Shown piece by piece: positions 10,062 through 19,553 of a stretch of DNA of 64,000 nucleotides. The position numbers and the translations under genes are program-made. The notes beneath the pieces are model-generated. The model had not been told where the DNA came from and searched no databases. It saw only the letters and a list, made by a program, of their open reading frames with translations. Source of the DNA: an uncultured Actinomycetes bacterium. Lineage in GTDB: Bacteria > Actinomycetota > Thermoleophilia > UBA2241. Positions within the stretch are counted from its first letter, which is position 1; every line of letters begins with the position of its first letter. Where the stretch lies: contig CAVYCN010000002.1 in the NCBI GenBank assembly GCA_963767005.1, positions 160,001 to 224,000 on the forward strand. The letters are read 5' to 3'.

Positions 10062-11012
10062 GTGATCCCGACGCCCGCCATCGCCGCGCTGACCGTGCTC
10101 CTCGCCGGCCTGCTCGACGTCGCCTGCGGCGAGCCGCCGAACGCGCGGCATCCCGTCGCCTGGCTGGGCCGGCTCGTCGCCCTGCTCGAACGACGCGCCC
10201 CGCGCGGACGGCCGCGCGCGGAGCTGGCCTACGGCGTGCTCGTGGTGGTGGTCGCCACGGCCGCGGCCGCAGCGGTCGGCCTGGGCCTCGCCTACGGGCT
10301 GGCGCGCCTGCCCTGGTGGCTCGCGCTGCCGGCCGGCGCCGTCGCGCTGAAGGTGAGCTTCTCGCTGCGCGGCCTCGTCGGCGCCGGCCGCGTCGTGCAG
10401 CGCGCCCTTGGGACCGACGACGACGCCGCACGCGCGGGCCTGCTCGCCCTCGTGAGCCGGTCGCGCGATCTCACGCCGCCGCAGGTCGCCTCGGCGGCGA
10501 TCGAGTCGCTCGCCGAGAACCTCTCGGACAGCGTCGTCGCGCCGCTGCTGTTCTACGTCGTGTTGGGGCTCCCCGGCGCCCTGGCCTACCGCGCCGTGAA
10601 CACGCTCGACGCGATGATCGGCTACCACGGCCGCTACGAGTATCTGGGCAAGGTGGCCGCGCGGCTCGACGACGTCGCCAACCTGGTACCGGCGCGGCTG
10701 ACGGGGCTCCTGATCGTGGCCTTCGCCGGCCTGCGCGGCAGAGGGCGGGCGGCGCTCGCCGCGCTGCGTGACGAGCGCCGCCTGTCGTCGAGTCCCAACA
10801 AGCTCTGGACGATCGCTCCCATGGCGGCCGCCCTGGGCGTGCGCCTGGAGAAGCCGGGTACGTACGCCGTCGGACCCGGCGACCGGCCGCCCACGGCGGA
10901 GACCATCGGCGCCGCGGCCGTGCTCGTGTGGGCGGGCGGCGCGGTGGCGCTGGCCGCCGCGGCGGCCGGCGCGGCGCTCGTCGTGGCCCTACTCGGCGGC
11001 GGGTTGTTCTAG
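10062..11012 (+). CDS. cbiB: Adenosylcobinamide-phosphate synthase
   Basis: GEPP..HPV, IESLAENLSDSVVAPL, YRAVNTLDAMIGY and ARLDDVANLVPAR motifs. Confidence 0.93.
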   Translation: MIPTPAIAALTVLLAGLLDVACGEPPNARHPVAWLGRLVALLERRAPRGRPRAELAYGVLVVVVATAAAAAVGLGLAYGLARLPWWLALPAGAVALKVSFSLRGLVGAGRVVQRALGTDDDAARAGLLALVSRSRDLTPPQVASAAIESLAENLSDSVVAPLLFYVVLGLPGALAYRAVNTLDAMIGYHGRYEYLGKVAARLDDVANLVPARLTGLLIVAFAGLRGRGRAALAALRDERRLSSSPNKLWTIAPMAAALGVRLEKPGTYAVGPGDRPPTAETIGAAAVLVWAGGAVALAAAAAGAALVVALLGGGLF

Positions 11013-12328
11013 CTCACGAGCCGTTCGATGAGGTCGGCGCCGGCGACGTTGCCGGGATCGGCCCTGATCGCGGCGGCGATCGTCGCCATGCGCCGGCGCA
11101 ACGGCGTGTCGGCAAGCAGCCGCTCGACGGCGCCGACGAGCTCGTCCTCGGTCCAGTCGTAGGTCGCCAGGCGTGCGCCGTAGCCGGTCTCGGCGATGTG
11201 CTGGGCGTTGTCGTACTGGTCCCAGAAGAGCGGCAGGGCGATCATCGGCAGGCCAAAGTGGAAGCCCTCGCAGACCGTGTTGTTGCCGCCGTGGGTGATC
11301 AGCAGGTTGCAGTGCGGCAGCACCGACGGCTGCGGCAGGAACTCCTCGCCGTACATGCGAGGCCCGAGTTCCAGGCGCTCGTGCAGGGGGCCCATCGAGA
11401 CGACGACCCGGTGCGCGGTGGTGGCCAGGGCGTCGATCAGGCGCTGCATGAGGGCGAGGTCCATGCAGCCCAGCGAGCCGAGCGACAGGTAGATCACCTC
11501 ACCGTCGCCGGGCAGGCGCTCGTCGAGGTCGAAGGGGGCCTCGCCCGAGCGCACCGACGACTCGAGCCGGTGCCAGGTGGCGTCGAGTGGCCGCGCCCGC
11601 GAGTAGTCGACGGCGGCGGGGTACTCGTAGAGGTTGAGCCAGGGTGAGGCCGTGTTGAACTCGTCGGGCGGGCAGGCCGCGACGCCGACCGAGGCGCGGA
11701 ACTCGTTGTGCTCGCCCAGCAGGTCGCGGTGGACGCGGTGGTACTCGTCGCGGAAGGCGGCCCAGCCGCCGCGGTCGCAAAGCGGCAGGCCCGAGAGGGC
11801 CGGGGGCAGGTCGGGGTCGCGCATCTCCAGGGGATTGCACGACACGACCCGCACCCACGGCGCGCCGGCCAGCTCGATCGCGGGGTAGCCGGTGACGTTG
11901 TCGGTGACCACGACGTCGGGCCGCACGTCGTCCCAGATCGCCATCACCGTCTCGTGCGAGTGCTGCTCGCCGGCCACGAGCTCCTGCCAGATGGGCAGCG
12001 TGACCGTCTCGATCTGCTCGATCGTCGGTTTGCGAAACTCGGGCGCGGTGACACGGATGAACTCGCTCCAGGGGTCGGCGGCGTCGGTGGGAGCGGCCGC
12101 GCCGGCGGAGTCGGCCGCGGCGGCGGGGGAGTCGGCGGTCGGCGCCATGCGAAAGTGGCGCTCCTCGAAGCCGCGCGCGGCGAGCACGCCGGCGAACGAC
12201 TCGTCGACCACGAACACGATCCGATGCCCCCGGTCGCGCAGGACCCCGGCCATCGCGGCGCAGTTGTTGGTGGGCCCCCAGGCCCCCGGCTCGGGGAAGA
12301 ACGCGATCGTCTTGCCCGCCTCGCCCAC
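11009..12328 (-). CDS. GT1 NDP-glycosyltransferase (MGT/OleD-like)
   Basis: YLSLGSLG, LPQPSVL, ITHGGNNT and PLFWDQYDNA motifs. AAGGAG RBS. Confidence 0.88.
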   Translation of the reverse strand: MGEAGKTIAFFPEPGAWGPTNNCAAMAGVLRDRGHRIVFVVDESFAGVLAARGFEERHFRMAPTADSPAAAADSAGAAAPTDAADPWSEFIRVTAPEFRKPTIEQIETVTLPIWQELVAGEQHSHETVMAIWDDVRPDVVVTDNVTGYPAIELAGAPWVRVVSCNPLEMRDPDLPPALSGLPLCDRGGWAAFRDEYHRVHRDLLGEHNEFRASVGVAACPPDEFNTASPWLNLYEYPAAVDYSRARPLDATWHRLESSVRSGEAPFDLDERLPGDGEVIYLSLGSLGCMDLALMQRLIDALATTAHRVVVSMGPLHERLELGPRMYGEEFLPQPSVLPHCNLLITHGGNNTVCEGFHFGLPMIALPLFWDQYDNAQHIAETGYGARLATYDWTEDELVGAVERLLADTPLRRRMATIAAAIRADPGNVAGADLIERLVS

Positions 12329-12352
12329 GGCGCCCTCCTTTTCAGATACGCT

Positions 12353-12368
12353 TCGTACCATCGTACGA
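12353..12368. promoter_or_regulatory. Palindromic operator candidate overlapping a -10 (TACGAT, minus strand) of the glycosyltransferase
   Basis: TCGTAC-CATC-GTACGA dyad in an AT-richer patch. Confidence 0.4.
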
Positions 12369-12543
12369 CAGGGTGACCGTCGCGTCAGGAGGGCAAGGAT
12401 CGACACCGCCCGCGACGCTCACGTGGCGTCCGACGACGTCGTGCTTGCCTGAGTGGCGAAGACGAAGTCGAAGGGCACCTGGTCGCCCTGCGTGACAGCG
12501 TGACGGGGCTCGACATGCGCCCCTGAAGGGAGGTTCGGACCCC

Positions 12544-14004
12544 ATGACCGACACAGGCAGCGCGCGCCCCGAGGGCGCCACGACGGGCACCCAGTCGGCC
12601 GTCTACTGGTTCGGCGGCGATCCTCGCTGGCAGGGCGGTCAGCTCCCGCCGCTGACGCAGACGCTGCGCGCCGACGTGTGCGTCGTCGGCGGCGGGTTCA
12701 GCGGTCTGTGGACCGCGTACTGGCTCAAGCGGCTCGCTCCCGCGGTCGAGGTCGTCCTGCTCGAGCGCGAGTTCTGCGGCGCGGGCGCCTCGGGCCGCAA
12801 CGGCGGCTGGGTCAACGGCTGGGAGGACTCGATCGGCAAGCTCGTGAGCCGCTTCGGCGAGCACGACGGCACGTGGCTGCTCGACGCGTCGGTGCAGGGC
12901 ACCGAGGCCATGCGCGAGGCCGTCGCGGCTGGCGGGATCGATTGCGACCTGACCTTCAACGGAGCCGTCACCATCGCCATGTCTCAGGCCCAGCTCGACG
13001 GCCTGCGCGACCTGCCGGAGGCGGCCGAGCGTGTCGGTCGTGGCGACCTGCTGCGGGCGCTCAGCGCCGACGAGGCGCGCGCGGCCTGCGGCTCGCCGCG
13101 CGCCATGGGCGGCGTGCTGCTCGCGCGGGCCGGCAGCGTGCAGCCGGCGCTGCTCGTGCAAGGGTTGCGCCGGCTCGCCCTCGAGGCCGGCGTCAAGGTC
13201 TTCGAGGCGACGCCGATGACGCGCCTCGAGCGTACGCTGCCGGCCGTCGTCGAGACGCCGGCGGGCAGCGTGGTGGCCGATCGCGTGGTCCTCACCTGCG
13301 GCCCCTGGATGGCCGCGGTGCGCGAGCTGCGTCGCACGCTCTTCGTCATCCCCTCGCACGTGGTCGCTTCGGCGCCCGACGCCGCGACGCTCGACGCCAT
13401 GGGCTGGCTCCACGGGCGTCCGTTCGCCGACGGGCGCACCGCGGTGCACTACGGGCAGCGCACCGGCGACGACCGGCTCGTGTTCGGTCGCGGCGGCGGC
13501 CGCTTGGGCTTCGGCGGCCATATCATCCCGGCGCACTTCCACGACCGCGCCGAGATCACCGAGATCACCGCCGACCTGTACGACGGGTTCCCGGACGCTC
13601 GCAGCCTGACGATCGAATGGGAGTGGGGAGGGCCGGTCGAGCGCACGCAGCACGGCACGCCCTGGGTCGGCACGCTCGGCCGGCACGGCAACATCCACTA
13701 CGGCACCGGCTTCTCCGGCAACGGCGTGTGCCCGACGCAGCTCATCGGTCGCACCCTGGCCTCGGTCGCGCTCGACCTGCGCGACGACTACGCGGCGTCG
13801 CCGCTCGTCAGCGAGCCGCCCTCGTACCTGCCGCCGGAGCCCGTCCGCTCGGTCGGCGCGCGGGCGGTGCGCGCGGCGATCAACCGCTGCGAGGAGCAGG
13901 CCGATCAGGGCCGCGAGGCCGACGCCGTCTCGCGCCTCGTGAGCCGCGGCCTCGACTTCTCGATGCCGCGGATCAAGCTGCCGTGGCCGGGAGGTCGCGA
14001 TTAG
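12544..14004 (+). CDS. FAD-dependent oxidoreductase (DAO family, PuuB/OrdL-like)
   Basis: VGGGFSGLWTA, GASGRNGG and GFSGNGV motifs. Confidence 0.85.
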   Translation: MTDTGSARPEGATTGTQSAVYWFGGDPRWQGGQLPPLTQTLRADVCVVGGGFSGLWTAYWLKRLAPAVEVVLLEREFCGAGASGRNGGWVNGWEDSIGKLVSRFGEHDGTWLLDASVQGTEAMREAVAAGGIDCDLTFNGAVTIAMSQAQLDGLRDLPEAAERVGRGDLLRALSADEARAACGSPRAMGGVLLARAGSVQPALLVQGLRRLALEAGVKVFEATPMTRLERTLPAVVETPAGSVVADRVVLTCGPWMAAVRELRRTLFVIPSHVVASAPDAATLDAMGWLHGRPFADGRTAVHYGQRTGDDRLVFGRGGGRLGFGGHIIPAHFHDRAEITEITADLYDGFPDARSLTIEWEWGGPVERTQHGTPWVGTLGRHGNIHYGTGFSGNGVCPTQLIGRTLASVALDLRDDYAASPLVSEPPSYLPPEPVRSVGARAVRAAINRCEEQADQGREADAVSRLVSRGLDFSMPRIKLPWPGGRD

Positions 14005-14249
14005 GCGCGCGACGAAGTCACGCCTGCCTGAGCGTCAGCGACGTAGTCTCCTGACGGGTCAGGCGCGCGACGAACTCGACCGTCGGCCCAGCTTCGCGGG
14101 TCGACAAGACGGCCAGATACGGGGGTCTCAGGCGGCCAGAGGGCAGCGACGCCGATGCTTGCAGTGACGTCGGCGTCTTGCCACACTCAAGACCAGGAAC
14201 AGCCAGGGCAGGCTCGCGCCTGCGTCCTTCCACACATCACGAGGTCGGC

Positions 14250-16703
14250 ATGTTCGAAGTCCTCTCCAACGAGGAGATCGCTCCTCGCCTGCACCGCCTG
14301 ATCGTCTCGGCGCCGCGCGTGGCCCGCTCGCGCAAGCCCGGCCAGTTCGTCATCGTGCGCGCCGCCCCGGGCGACGAGCGCATCCCCCTGACGATCGCCG
14401 ACGACGACCCCGAAGAGGGCACCATCACGCTCATCATCCAGGCCGTCGGCATCAGCACCGAGCGCATCTGCGCCGTGGCCGCCGGCGGCGAGCTGGCCGA
14501 CGTGGCCGGACCTTTGGGTCAGCCCACCCACATCGCCCGCCTCGGCCGGGTGGTCTGCGTGGGCGGCGGGGCCGGCACCGCCGTGCTCTACCCGCTGGCC
14601 AAGGCCCTGGCCGCCGCCGGCAACGAGCTCATCACGATCATCGGCGGGCGCAGCGCCCCCTACGTGGTGCTGGCCGACGAGCTCGGCGCCTTCTCATCAG
14701 AGCTCTATCTGACGACCGAAGACGGCTCCCTGGGCGAGACCGGCTTTGTCACGGCGCCGCTGGCGCGGCTGCTGGCCGAGACCGGCGAGCGCCATCCGGC
14801 GGCCGTCTATGCCGTCGGTCCGGTGCCCATGATGAAGGCCGTCTGTGCCCTCACCGCCAAGACCGCGACCGCGACCGTGGTCAGCCTCAACCCGCTCATG
14901 GTCGACGGCACCGGCATGTGCGGCGGCTGTCGCGTCACGGTCGGCGGCCAGACCCGCTTCGCCTGCGTCGACGGCCCCGAGTTCGACGGCCTGCTCGTCG
15001 ACTTCGACGAGCTCGCCGGCCGCCAGGCCACCTACCACGAGCTCGACAGCCACGGCTGCCGCCTGGTGGCCGCCGCCGACGCCCTGGTCGAGGCCGACGC
15101 CGCTCCTGTTTCCACCGCCCCGGCCCCGTCCGCCGCGGTCGCCGAGCCTGCCCCTGGCGCGACTCCCAGAGCCGCAGCCGCGACCCCCGCCGCCGCGCCC
15201 GAGCCCGCCCCCGCGACCCCCGAGGTCGAACTGGTCCCCGGCGCCCCCCTGACGGCCAAGCAGCGCATGGCGATCGGCCGCGTCGCCATGCCGGCCCAGG
15301 ACGCCGCCCGGCGCGCCCACAACTTCAGCGAGGTCAACCTCGGCCTGACGGCCGCCGACGCGATCCGCGAGGCCAACCGCTGCCTGGCCTGCAAGAACTC
15401 ACCCTGCGTGGCCGGCTGCCCGGTCGAGGTGCGCATCCCCGCCTTCCTGACCGCCCTGGCGGCCGCCGACTTCGCCGCCGCCGCCCAGCTGCTGCTCACC
15501 GACAACGCCCTGCCGGCCACCACCGGCCGGGTCTGCCCCCAGGAGACCCAGTGCGAGGGCGTCTGCCTGCGCGGCAAGAAGGGCGAGCCCGTGGCGATCG
15601 GCTGGCTCGAGCGCTTCGTGGCCGACTGGGCCGCCGAGCACCTGCCCTTCGAGGTCCCCGAGGTCACGCCCTCCGGCAAGAACGTCGCCGTGGTGGGCGC
15701 CGGCCCCGGTGGGCTGACCGTGGCCGGCGAGCTCGCCCGCGCCGGACACAAGGTCCACGTCTTCGAGGCCTTGCACGACACCGGCGGCGTGCTGCGCTAC
15801 GGCATCCCCGAGTTCCGCCTGCCCAAGAAGATCGTCGATGCCGAGGTCGCCAACCTGCGCCGCCTGGGGGTCGAGATCGAGTGCGACGTGATCGTCGGGC
15901 GCACCCTCACCGTCGACCAGCTCGCCGCCCAGTTCGACGCCGTCTTTGTGGCCAACGGCGCCGGCCTGCCGATGTTCTTAAACGTGCCCGGCGAGAACCT
16001 GAAGGGCGTCTACTCGGCCAACGAGTACCTGACCCGGGTCAACCTCATGGGCGCCTGGCAGGAGCGCGAGGGCGGCACGCCGATCATGCGCGCCGCCCGC
16101 GTCGTGGTCTTCGGCGGCGGCAACGTGGCGATGGACTCGGTGCGCACCGCCAAGCGCCTGGGCGCCGCGGCGGCGATCTGCGCCTACCGGCGCACGCGCG
16201 CCGAGATGCCGGCCCGCATCGAGGAGATCGCTCACGCCGAAGAGGAGGGCATCGACTTCCACTTCCTCGTGGCGCCGCTTGGCATCGAAGGCGACCAGAG
16301 CGGCTGGGTGCGCGCCGTGCGCCTGCAGCGCATGGCGCTCGGCGAGCCCGACGACTCCGGTCGGCGGCGGCCGGTGCCGCTGCCCGGATCCGAGTTCGAG
16401 CTGGCCTGCGACGCCGTGGTCGTGGCCCTGGGCACGGTGGCCAACCCGCTGCTCACCGAGGCCACCCCGCAGATCGCCACCAACCGCTGGGGCAACATCA
16501 CAACCGACGAGCACCACGCCACCAGCCTGCCCGGCGTCTGGGCCGGCGGCGACATCGTGCGCGGCGGCGCCACCGTGATCCTGGCGATGGGCGACGGCAA
16601 GGCCGCGGCCCGCTCGATCGACGCCTACCTGCGCGGCCAGAGCAGCGCGGCGGAGCCGACGCAGGACGGCGGGGCCGGCGCACCGGTCGGCGAGGCGAGC
16701 TGA
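14250..16703 (+). CDS. nfnAB: Fused NfnA-NfnB electron-bifurcating transhydrogenase (SudB/SudA-like)
   Basis: N-terminal half has ERIPLTIAD, GPVPMM and DGTGMCGGCRV...CVDGPEFD. An Ala/Pro linker follows. C-terminal half is GltD-like with RCLAC..PCVAGCP, GRVCPQETQCE, GAGPGG and GGGNVAMD. Confidence 0.9.
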   Translation: MFEVLSNEEIAPRLHRLIVSAPRVARSRKPGQFVIVRAAPGDERIPLTIADDDPEEGTITLIIQAVGISTERICAVAAGGELADVAGPLGQPTHIARLGRVVCVGGGAGTAVLYPLAKALAAAGNELITIIGGRSAPYVVLADELGAFSSELYLTTEDGSLGETGFVTAPLARLLAETGERHPAAVYAVGPVPMMKAVCALTAKTATATVVSLNPLMVDGTGMCGGCRVTVGGQTRFACVDGPEFDGLLVDFDELAGRQATYHELDSHGCRLVAAADALVEADAAPVSTAPAPSAAVAEPAPGATPRAAAATPAAAPEPAPATPEVELVPGAPLTAKQRMAIGRVAMPAQDAARRAHNFSEVNLGLTAADAIREANRCLACKNSPCVAGCPVEVRIPAFLTALAAADFAAAAQLLLTDNALPATTGRVCPQETQCEGVCLRGKKGEPVAIGWLERFVADWAAEHLPFEVPEVTPSGKNVAVVGAGPGGLTVAGELARAGHKVHVFEALHDTGGVLRYGIPEFRLPKKIVDAEVANLRRLGVEIECDVIVGRTLTVDQLAAQFDAVFVANGAGLPMFLNVPGENLKGVYSANEYLTRVNLMGAWQEREGGTPIMRAARVVVFGGGNVAMDSVRTAKRLGAAAAICAYRRTRAEMPARIEEIAHAEEEGIDFHFLVAPLGIEGDQSGWVRAVRLQRMALGEPDDSGRRRPVPLPGSEFELACDAVVVALGTVANPLLTEATPQIATNRWGNITTDEHHATSLPGVWAGGDIVRGGATVILAMGDGKAAARSIDAYLRGQSSAAEPTQDGGAGAPVGEAS

Positions 16704-16843
16704 GGGACACGGCCGACGAAGGCCGCCCTGAGCAGGCAGAACAGCGGGTGGGGGCGAGCCGTCCGTTCTGATACCATGACCGGGTGTGGCGGCGGGGGGT
16801 CCGTGGCCGCACCGTTCGAGCGACCGACCACGAAAGGGTTCTC

Positions 16844-17527
16844 ATGGCCGTCCGCATCCTCGGTCTCGACTGCAGCCCACGCGACGGGAGCAACAGCGGG
16901 CTCCTGCTGACGCATTCCTTCGCACGGCTCGCCGATGCCTATCCCGGCGAGGTCGAGCACGACATCATCACCCTGCGTGAGCTGCACATCGAGGCCTGCC
17001 GGGCCTGCAATATCTGCGGCAAGACCAAGGACGGCAAGTACGTGCCTTGTATCCAGGCGGGCAAGGACGACGTCCAGCCGGTGCTCGACGCCATGGTGGT
17101 CGCCGACGGCATCGTGGTCGCGACGCCCGTGTACTTCGGCCTGCCGTCCGACCTGTTCGCGCGCTTCGTCATGCGGACCCGGGTGCTGCGCCATCAGGAC
17201 TTCCGCTTGGCCGATCGGCCGGTCGGCGTCATGGCGACCGCCGGGCGGCGCTCCGGCGGCGCCGAGACGACCATCCTGGCCACCTGGCTGCCGTTCGTGC
17301 GCAACGGCTGCCTGGTCGTGGGCAACGGCGACGCCACGTCGCAGTTCGGCGCCTACGGCTGGGCCGGCGGGCGCGGCCAGATCCTGACCGACGAATGGGG
17401 CATGGAGCAGGGCTTCCAGACCGCCGAGCGGGTCTTCACGGTGGCCCGCGTGGTGCAAGCCGGAGCCGCCGCGCTGGGCGTCGAGAACGGCATGACGTTC
17501 TCGTACTCGTCGGGCACCCGCTCCTGA
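16844..17527 (+). CDS. Iron-sulfur flavoprotein / flavodoxin-fold FMN reductase
   Basis: CSPR..SNS, CRACNIC...C, ATPVYFG and RSGGAETT motifs. Confidence 0.85.
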   Translation: MAVRILGLDCSPRDGSNSGLLLTHSFARLADAYPGEVEHDIITLRELHIEACRACNICGKTKDGKYVPCIQAGKDDVQPVLDAMVVADGIVVATPVYFGLPSDLFARFVMRTRVLRHQDFRLADRPVGVMATAGRRSGGAETTILATWLPFVRNGCLVVGNGDATSQFGAYGWAGGRGQILTDEWGMEQGFQTAERVFTVARVVQAGAAALGVENGMTFSYSSGTRS

Positions 17528-17559
17528 CCGACGAAGACCACGACAGACTGGTGGAGGAC

Positions 17560-17814
17560 ATGAGCGACGCCGACAAGATCCTCGAGTTCATCCGCGACGA
17601 GGCCGTCGACACGCCGCCCGAGCGCATCGACGCCGACACGTCGCTGTTTCGCGACCAGCTCCTCGACTCGATGAGTCTCACCAGCCTCATCACGTTCCTC
17701 GAGGACGAGTTCGCCATCAAGGTCGGGGCCATGGACGTGGTGTTCGAGAACCTCGACACCGTCAACCACATGCTGGCGTTCATCGAGCGCAAGAAGGCGG
17801 CGGTCGGTGGCTGA
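17560..17814 (+). CDS. Acyl carrier protein (DltC-like)
   Basis: 84 aa, acidic, with LLDSMSL phosphopantetheine site. GGAGG RBS. Confidence 0.85.
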   Translation: MSDADKILEFIRDEAVDTPPERIDADTSLFRDQLLDSMSLTSLITFLEDEFAIKVGAMDVVFENLDTVNHMLAFIERKKAAVGG

Positions 17815-18061
17815 ACCGGCCGCCACGCCGGCGACCGCCATGCGCGGCGACGCGCCGTCGCCCGAACACCTCGCGTCGCCGGCCGACGGCCGCGCGGCCG
17901 TCGCCGACTCCGGCGCCACCGCCCGCCGCGCGTCGCTGCGGGTCGGCTACGTGCTCGGTCTTGCCGTGCAGGTCCTGTTCTGGTTCCTGATCTTCATGGC
18001 GATCGCGGTCGCGGTCGGCGCAGGCGGACACCTCACCGAGTTCCGGTACGTCGGCTTCTAG
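17807..18061 (+). CDS. DltX-like single-TM protein with C-terminal FRYVGF motif
   Basis: One hydrophobic helix, then the terminal hexapeptide F-R-Y-V-G-F, which fits the FxYxxF acyl-shuttle motif. Lies between the ACP and ligase genes. Confidence 0.7.
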   Translation: MAEPAATPATAMRGDAPSPEHLASPADGRAAVADSGATARRASLRVGYVLGLAVQVLFWFLIFMAIAVAVGAGGHLTEFRYVGF

Positions 18062-18077
18062 ACGGCTGCCCGGACCT

Positions 18078-19544
18078 GTGGACAGCGCCGTCGCCACCCT
18101 GCTCGAGCTCGCCGCGGACGATCCGGCGCGGCCGCTCCTGCTCACCGAGGGCCGTACGCTCACTTACGGCGAGTTCGCCGGCCGGGCGGCCAGCCTCGCT
18201 GCCGCCTTGCGGACGGCCGGCCTGGGGCGTGGCGACCGGGTCGCTACCCTGATCGAAGACTACGACGCCTTCTTCCTTTCGATGTTCGCGGTGTGGCTCG
18301 CGGGCGGTGTTCTCGTGCCCCTCAACACGAGCCTGCCCGCAGCCGACGTCGACTGGCTGCTCGACAAGGCGCGGCCGCGCCTGCTACTGGTCACGACCGG
18401 CGCCGCCGGCCCGCGCCGCGGGGTGTCCTGCCTGACCGTCGCGGCCGAGGGGCCCGGCGCCGAGCCCGGCGGCTGCCTGTCGACCGCCGCCGACGAGCTC
18501 GCCATGATCATGTTCACGTCGGGCACGACCGGGGTGCCCAAGGGCGTGTGTCACACGCTGCGCGCGACCTCCGGGAACGCCGGTCGCGTGGCCGGCGTGC
18601 TCGGCCTGAACGCCGCCGACCGCATCTTCATCAACACGCCGCCCTACTTCACGAGCGGCATCTGTCACTTTCTGACGCTCCTGGCGGCCGGCGGCAGCAC
18701 GGTCGGCCGGCGCGGCTTCTTCTTCGGCGACGGCCTGCTCGCCGAGCTGATTGAGCTCGGCTGCACCGGCTTCGGCGGCGCGCCGGCCCACCTCGTGCGG
18801 GTGGTCGGACCGCTCGACGAGGCGCCCGCGACGTCGGGGCTGCGCTTCTGGGTGAGCTCGGGCGACCACCTCGCGCTCGAGACGATCGAGCGTGTCGGCC
18901 GGCTGCTGCCCGACGTACGGCTCTTCAACATGTACGGCCTGACCGAGGTCGGTGGGCGTCTCTGCGTGCTCCCGCCCGACGAGCTCGAGCGGCGCCGGGG
19001 GTCGGTGGGCCGCCCGCTGCCCGGGATGATCGTGACGGTGCGCGACGCGGACGGGCAGGCGCTACCCGACGGCACCGAGGGTGAGCTCTACGTGAGCGGT
19101 CCGCTCCTCATGCAGGCCTACCTCGACGAGCCCGACATCACGGCCGCCACGCTCACCCCGCACGGCCTGCGCACCGGCGACTTCGGCCGCCGCGACGCCG
19201 ACGGCTTCGTGTGGGTCGCGGGCCGCCGCGACGACATCATCAAGCGCGGCGGCGAGAAGGTCTCGATCGTGCACATCCAGGAGGCGCTGCGCGCGCTCGG
19301 CACGTTCGCCGACGTCGCGGTGGTCGCGGCCGACGACGCCATCCTGGGCCACGTGCCGGTGGCCTTCGTCGTCCCGGCCGACGGGCTGCCGCTCAAGCGC
19401 ACGGCGGTGATGCGCGAGCTGCGCACCGTGCTGCCGTCGACCTCGCTGCCGAGCCGCATCGTGCCGCTCGATGAGATCCCGCGCACCGGCTCGGGCAAGG
19501 CGATCCGCGCCGAGTTGCTGCGCCTGGCCGCACGCGACGTGTAA
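18078..19544 (+). CDS. AMP-binding (ANL) acyl-ligase
   Basis: MFTSGTTGVPKG, NMYGLTE, RTGD, GRRDDIIKRGGEKV and PRTGSGK motifs. Confidence 0.9.
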   Translation: MDSAVATLLELAADDPARPLLLTEGRTLTYGEFAGRAASLAAALRTAGLGRGDRVATLIEDYDAFFLSMFAVWLAGGVLVPLNTSLPAADVDWLLDKARPRLLLVTTGAAGPRRGVSCLTVAAEGPGAEPGGCLSTAADELAMIMFTSGTTGVPKGVCHTLRATSGNAGRVAGVLGLNAADRIFINTPPYFTSGICHFLTLLAAGGSTVGRRGFFFGDGLLAELIELGCTGFGGAPAHLVRVVGPLDEAPATSGLRFWVSSGDHLALETIERVGRLLPDVRLFNMYGLTEVGGRLCVLPPDELERRRGSVGRPLPGMIVTVRDADGQALPDGTEGELYVSGPLLMQAYLDEPDITAATLTPHGLRTGDFGRRDADGFVWVAGRRDDIIKRGGEKVSIVHIQEALRALGTFADVAVVAADDAILGHVPVAFVVPADGLPLKRTAVMRELRTVLPSTSLPSRIVPLDEIPRTGSGKAIRAELLRLAARDV

Positions 19545-19553
19545 GGCGGCGTA

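Noticed and set aside
14022-14213. 6S RNA
   Set aside because: The size and end pairing are compatible, but the visible pairing is multi-branched rather than a rod with a central bubble, and there is no clear promoter. Kept only as an unknown structured element.
14250-16703. Glutamate synthase small subunit
   Set aside because: There is no gltB, and the GltD-like domain is fused to an NfnA-like domain.
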